The position numbers and the translations under genes are program-made. The notes beneath the pieces are model-generated. The model searched no databases, was not told the origin of the DNA, and saw only the letters and a program-made list of their open reading frames with translations. Shown piece after piece: positions 63,001 to 64,000 of a stretch of 64,000 nucleotides of DNA (the first letter of the stretch is position 1; the number at the start of each line of letters is the position of its first letter). This DNA is from Lama guanicoe (Eukaryota). The stretch is from contig MU053416.1 of assembly GCA_013239625.1 (NCBI GenBank), forward strand, positions 109,562 through 173,561, given 5' to 3'.

Positions 63001-64000
63001 AGAAATGGATTGAATTTTCTAATTCGCTAGGGATTATTTAGATAATAGGAAAAAGAATTAATCTGAAAAATCTCTCTAGAATAGCTGTTAATCCATCCTG
63101 TTTTGCAGGGTAGGGGGAGGCTGAATTATTTAGTTGGTATTTTAATGAGTCTATAAAGTTCTAAAAGTCCTATCAATTTCTCCCAAAAGCATACTTTTCC
63201 TTTCAATGACCTTTATTTGACTTAACTAGAACAATAACTTTTTTCCAAGGCTTTTTTCGTGTGTGTTAAAATACCAAATGATATGCTGCCCTCAGAATGT
63301 TATTGTTATTATTAAAGCTGATAATAGCCCCAATAAGACATATTTACAATTATGACTCATTTTGGAATAACAGGTCATTGGCTTATAGTCCTTTTGAAAA
63401 TAAGCAGACTAAATGAACATAACTTCTACACCAGGGACTTCAGCTGCACCCTTAATGGAACCTGGTCACGAAACACAACAAAAGCAAAGACGAAACTCAA
63501 ATCAGACACCAGGCCACAAAGCATAACTGACTGAAGATGCCACAACATGACCTTTCATTCACCGAGAGAACCAGATGCGTTTCCGTGTATAATGTATATT
63601 TTTAAAAGCAATTATTTTATATATAGAATGTAATTTAGGAAAAAGAAAACTCCCTCTATCTGTAGATTTATAAACAGGAAGCACAAAGGGGTGCCTTTGT
63701 AGACATGAACCCCCATGCATAAATGCAAAGCCTATTGACCAAAATCCTTTCCTGTCTTCTAAGTTAAAAAAAAAAACAACTAATTCAAGGCAGTGGTGAG
63801 CTGAAAGGGCTCAGATACAAAACGTGCACATCATCAGCCTTCTAGTAGATAAAAGTGCGCCATGAATAATAGAAAAGATGACGTTTCCTATGGAAATCTA
63901 TTTTGAGATGGAACCATTTAAAGGCAACCTAGAGCTCAAAACCAAGTTTAACCAAAGAGAAACAGAGCCCAAGCAAATGTACAGAAGTGGACAAAGACAT

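Overview
This is mammalian genomic DNA, most likely camelid (inferred from tRNA-derived SINEs with a GGGGAGGGTATAG(C/T)TCAAG head and from the L1 3' tails). I can support no intact protein-coding gene. The window reads as a patchwork of dead, intron-containing gene fragments from unrelated loci, with a satellite block embedded between them. (1) 5.4-18.1 kb, minus strand: six splice-phase-compatible exons of a gene I cannot name, carrying stops and a frameshift, with a GC-rich ~160-bp tandem array in one intron. (2) 23-25.3 kb, plus strand: CpG-island promoter and exons 1-2 of a POFUT2 pseudogene. (3) 38.7-40.7 kb, plus strand: two phase-compatible exons of another unidentified gene. (4) 42.4-47.1 kb: an old ~1 kb direct duplication. 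(5) 47.1-53.2 kb: an LTR fold-back, then a ~248-bp satellite array (~23 monomers) with its own fold-back inversion. (6) 53.2-64 kb, minus strand: an ANO6 pseudogene fragment whose downstream exon is cut by the satellite after 7 codons. The rest is ordinary L1, L2, MIR, MaLR, ERV LTR and DNA-transposon debris. I found no convincing new protein-coding system. The notable biology is structural: a satellite-associated duplication mosaic with readable breakpoints, and a retained CpG promoter placed where it could drive chimeric non-coding transcripts. Gene and repeat identities come from recalled sequences, not database searches.
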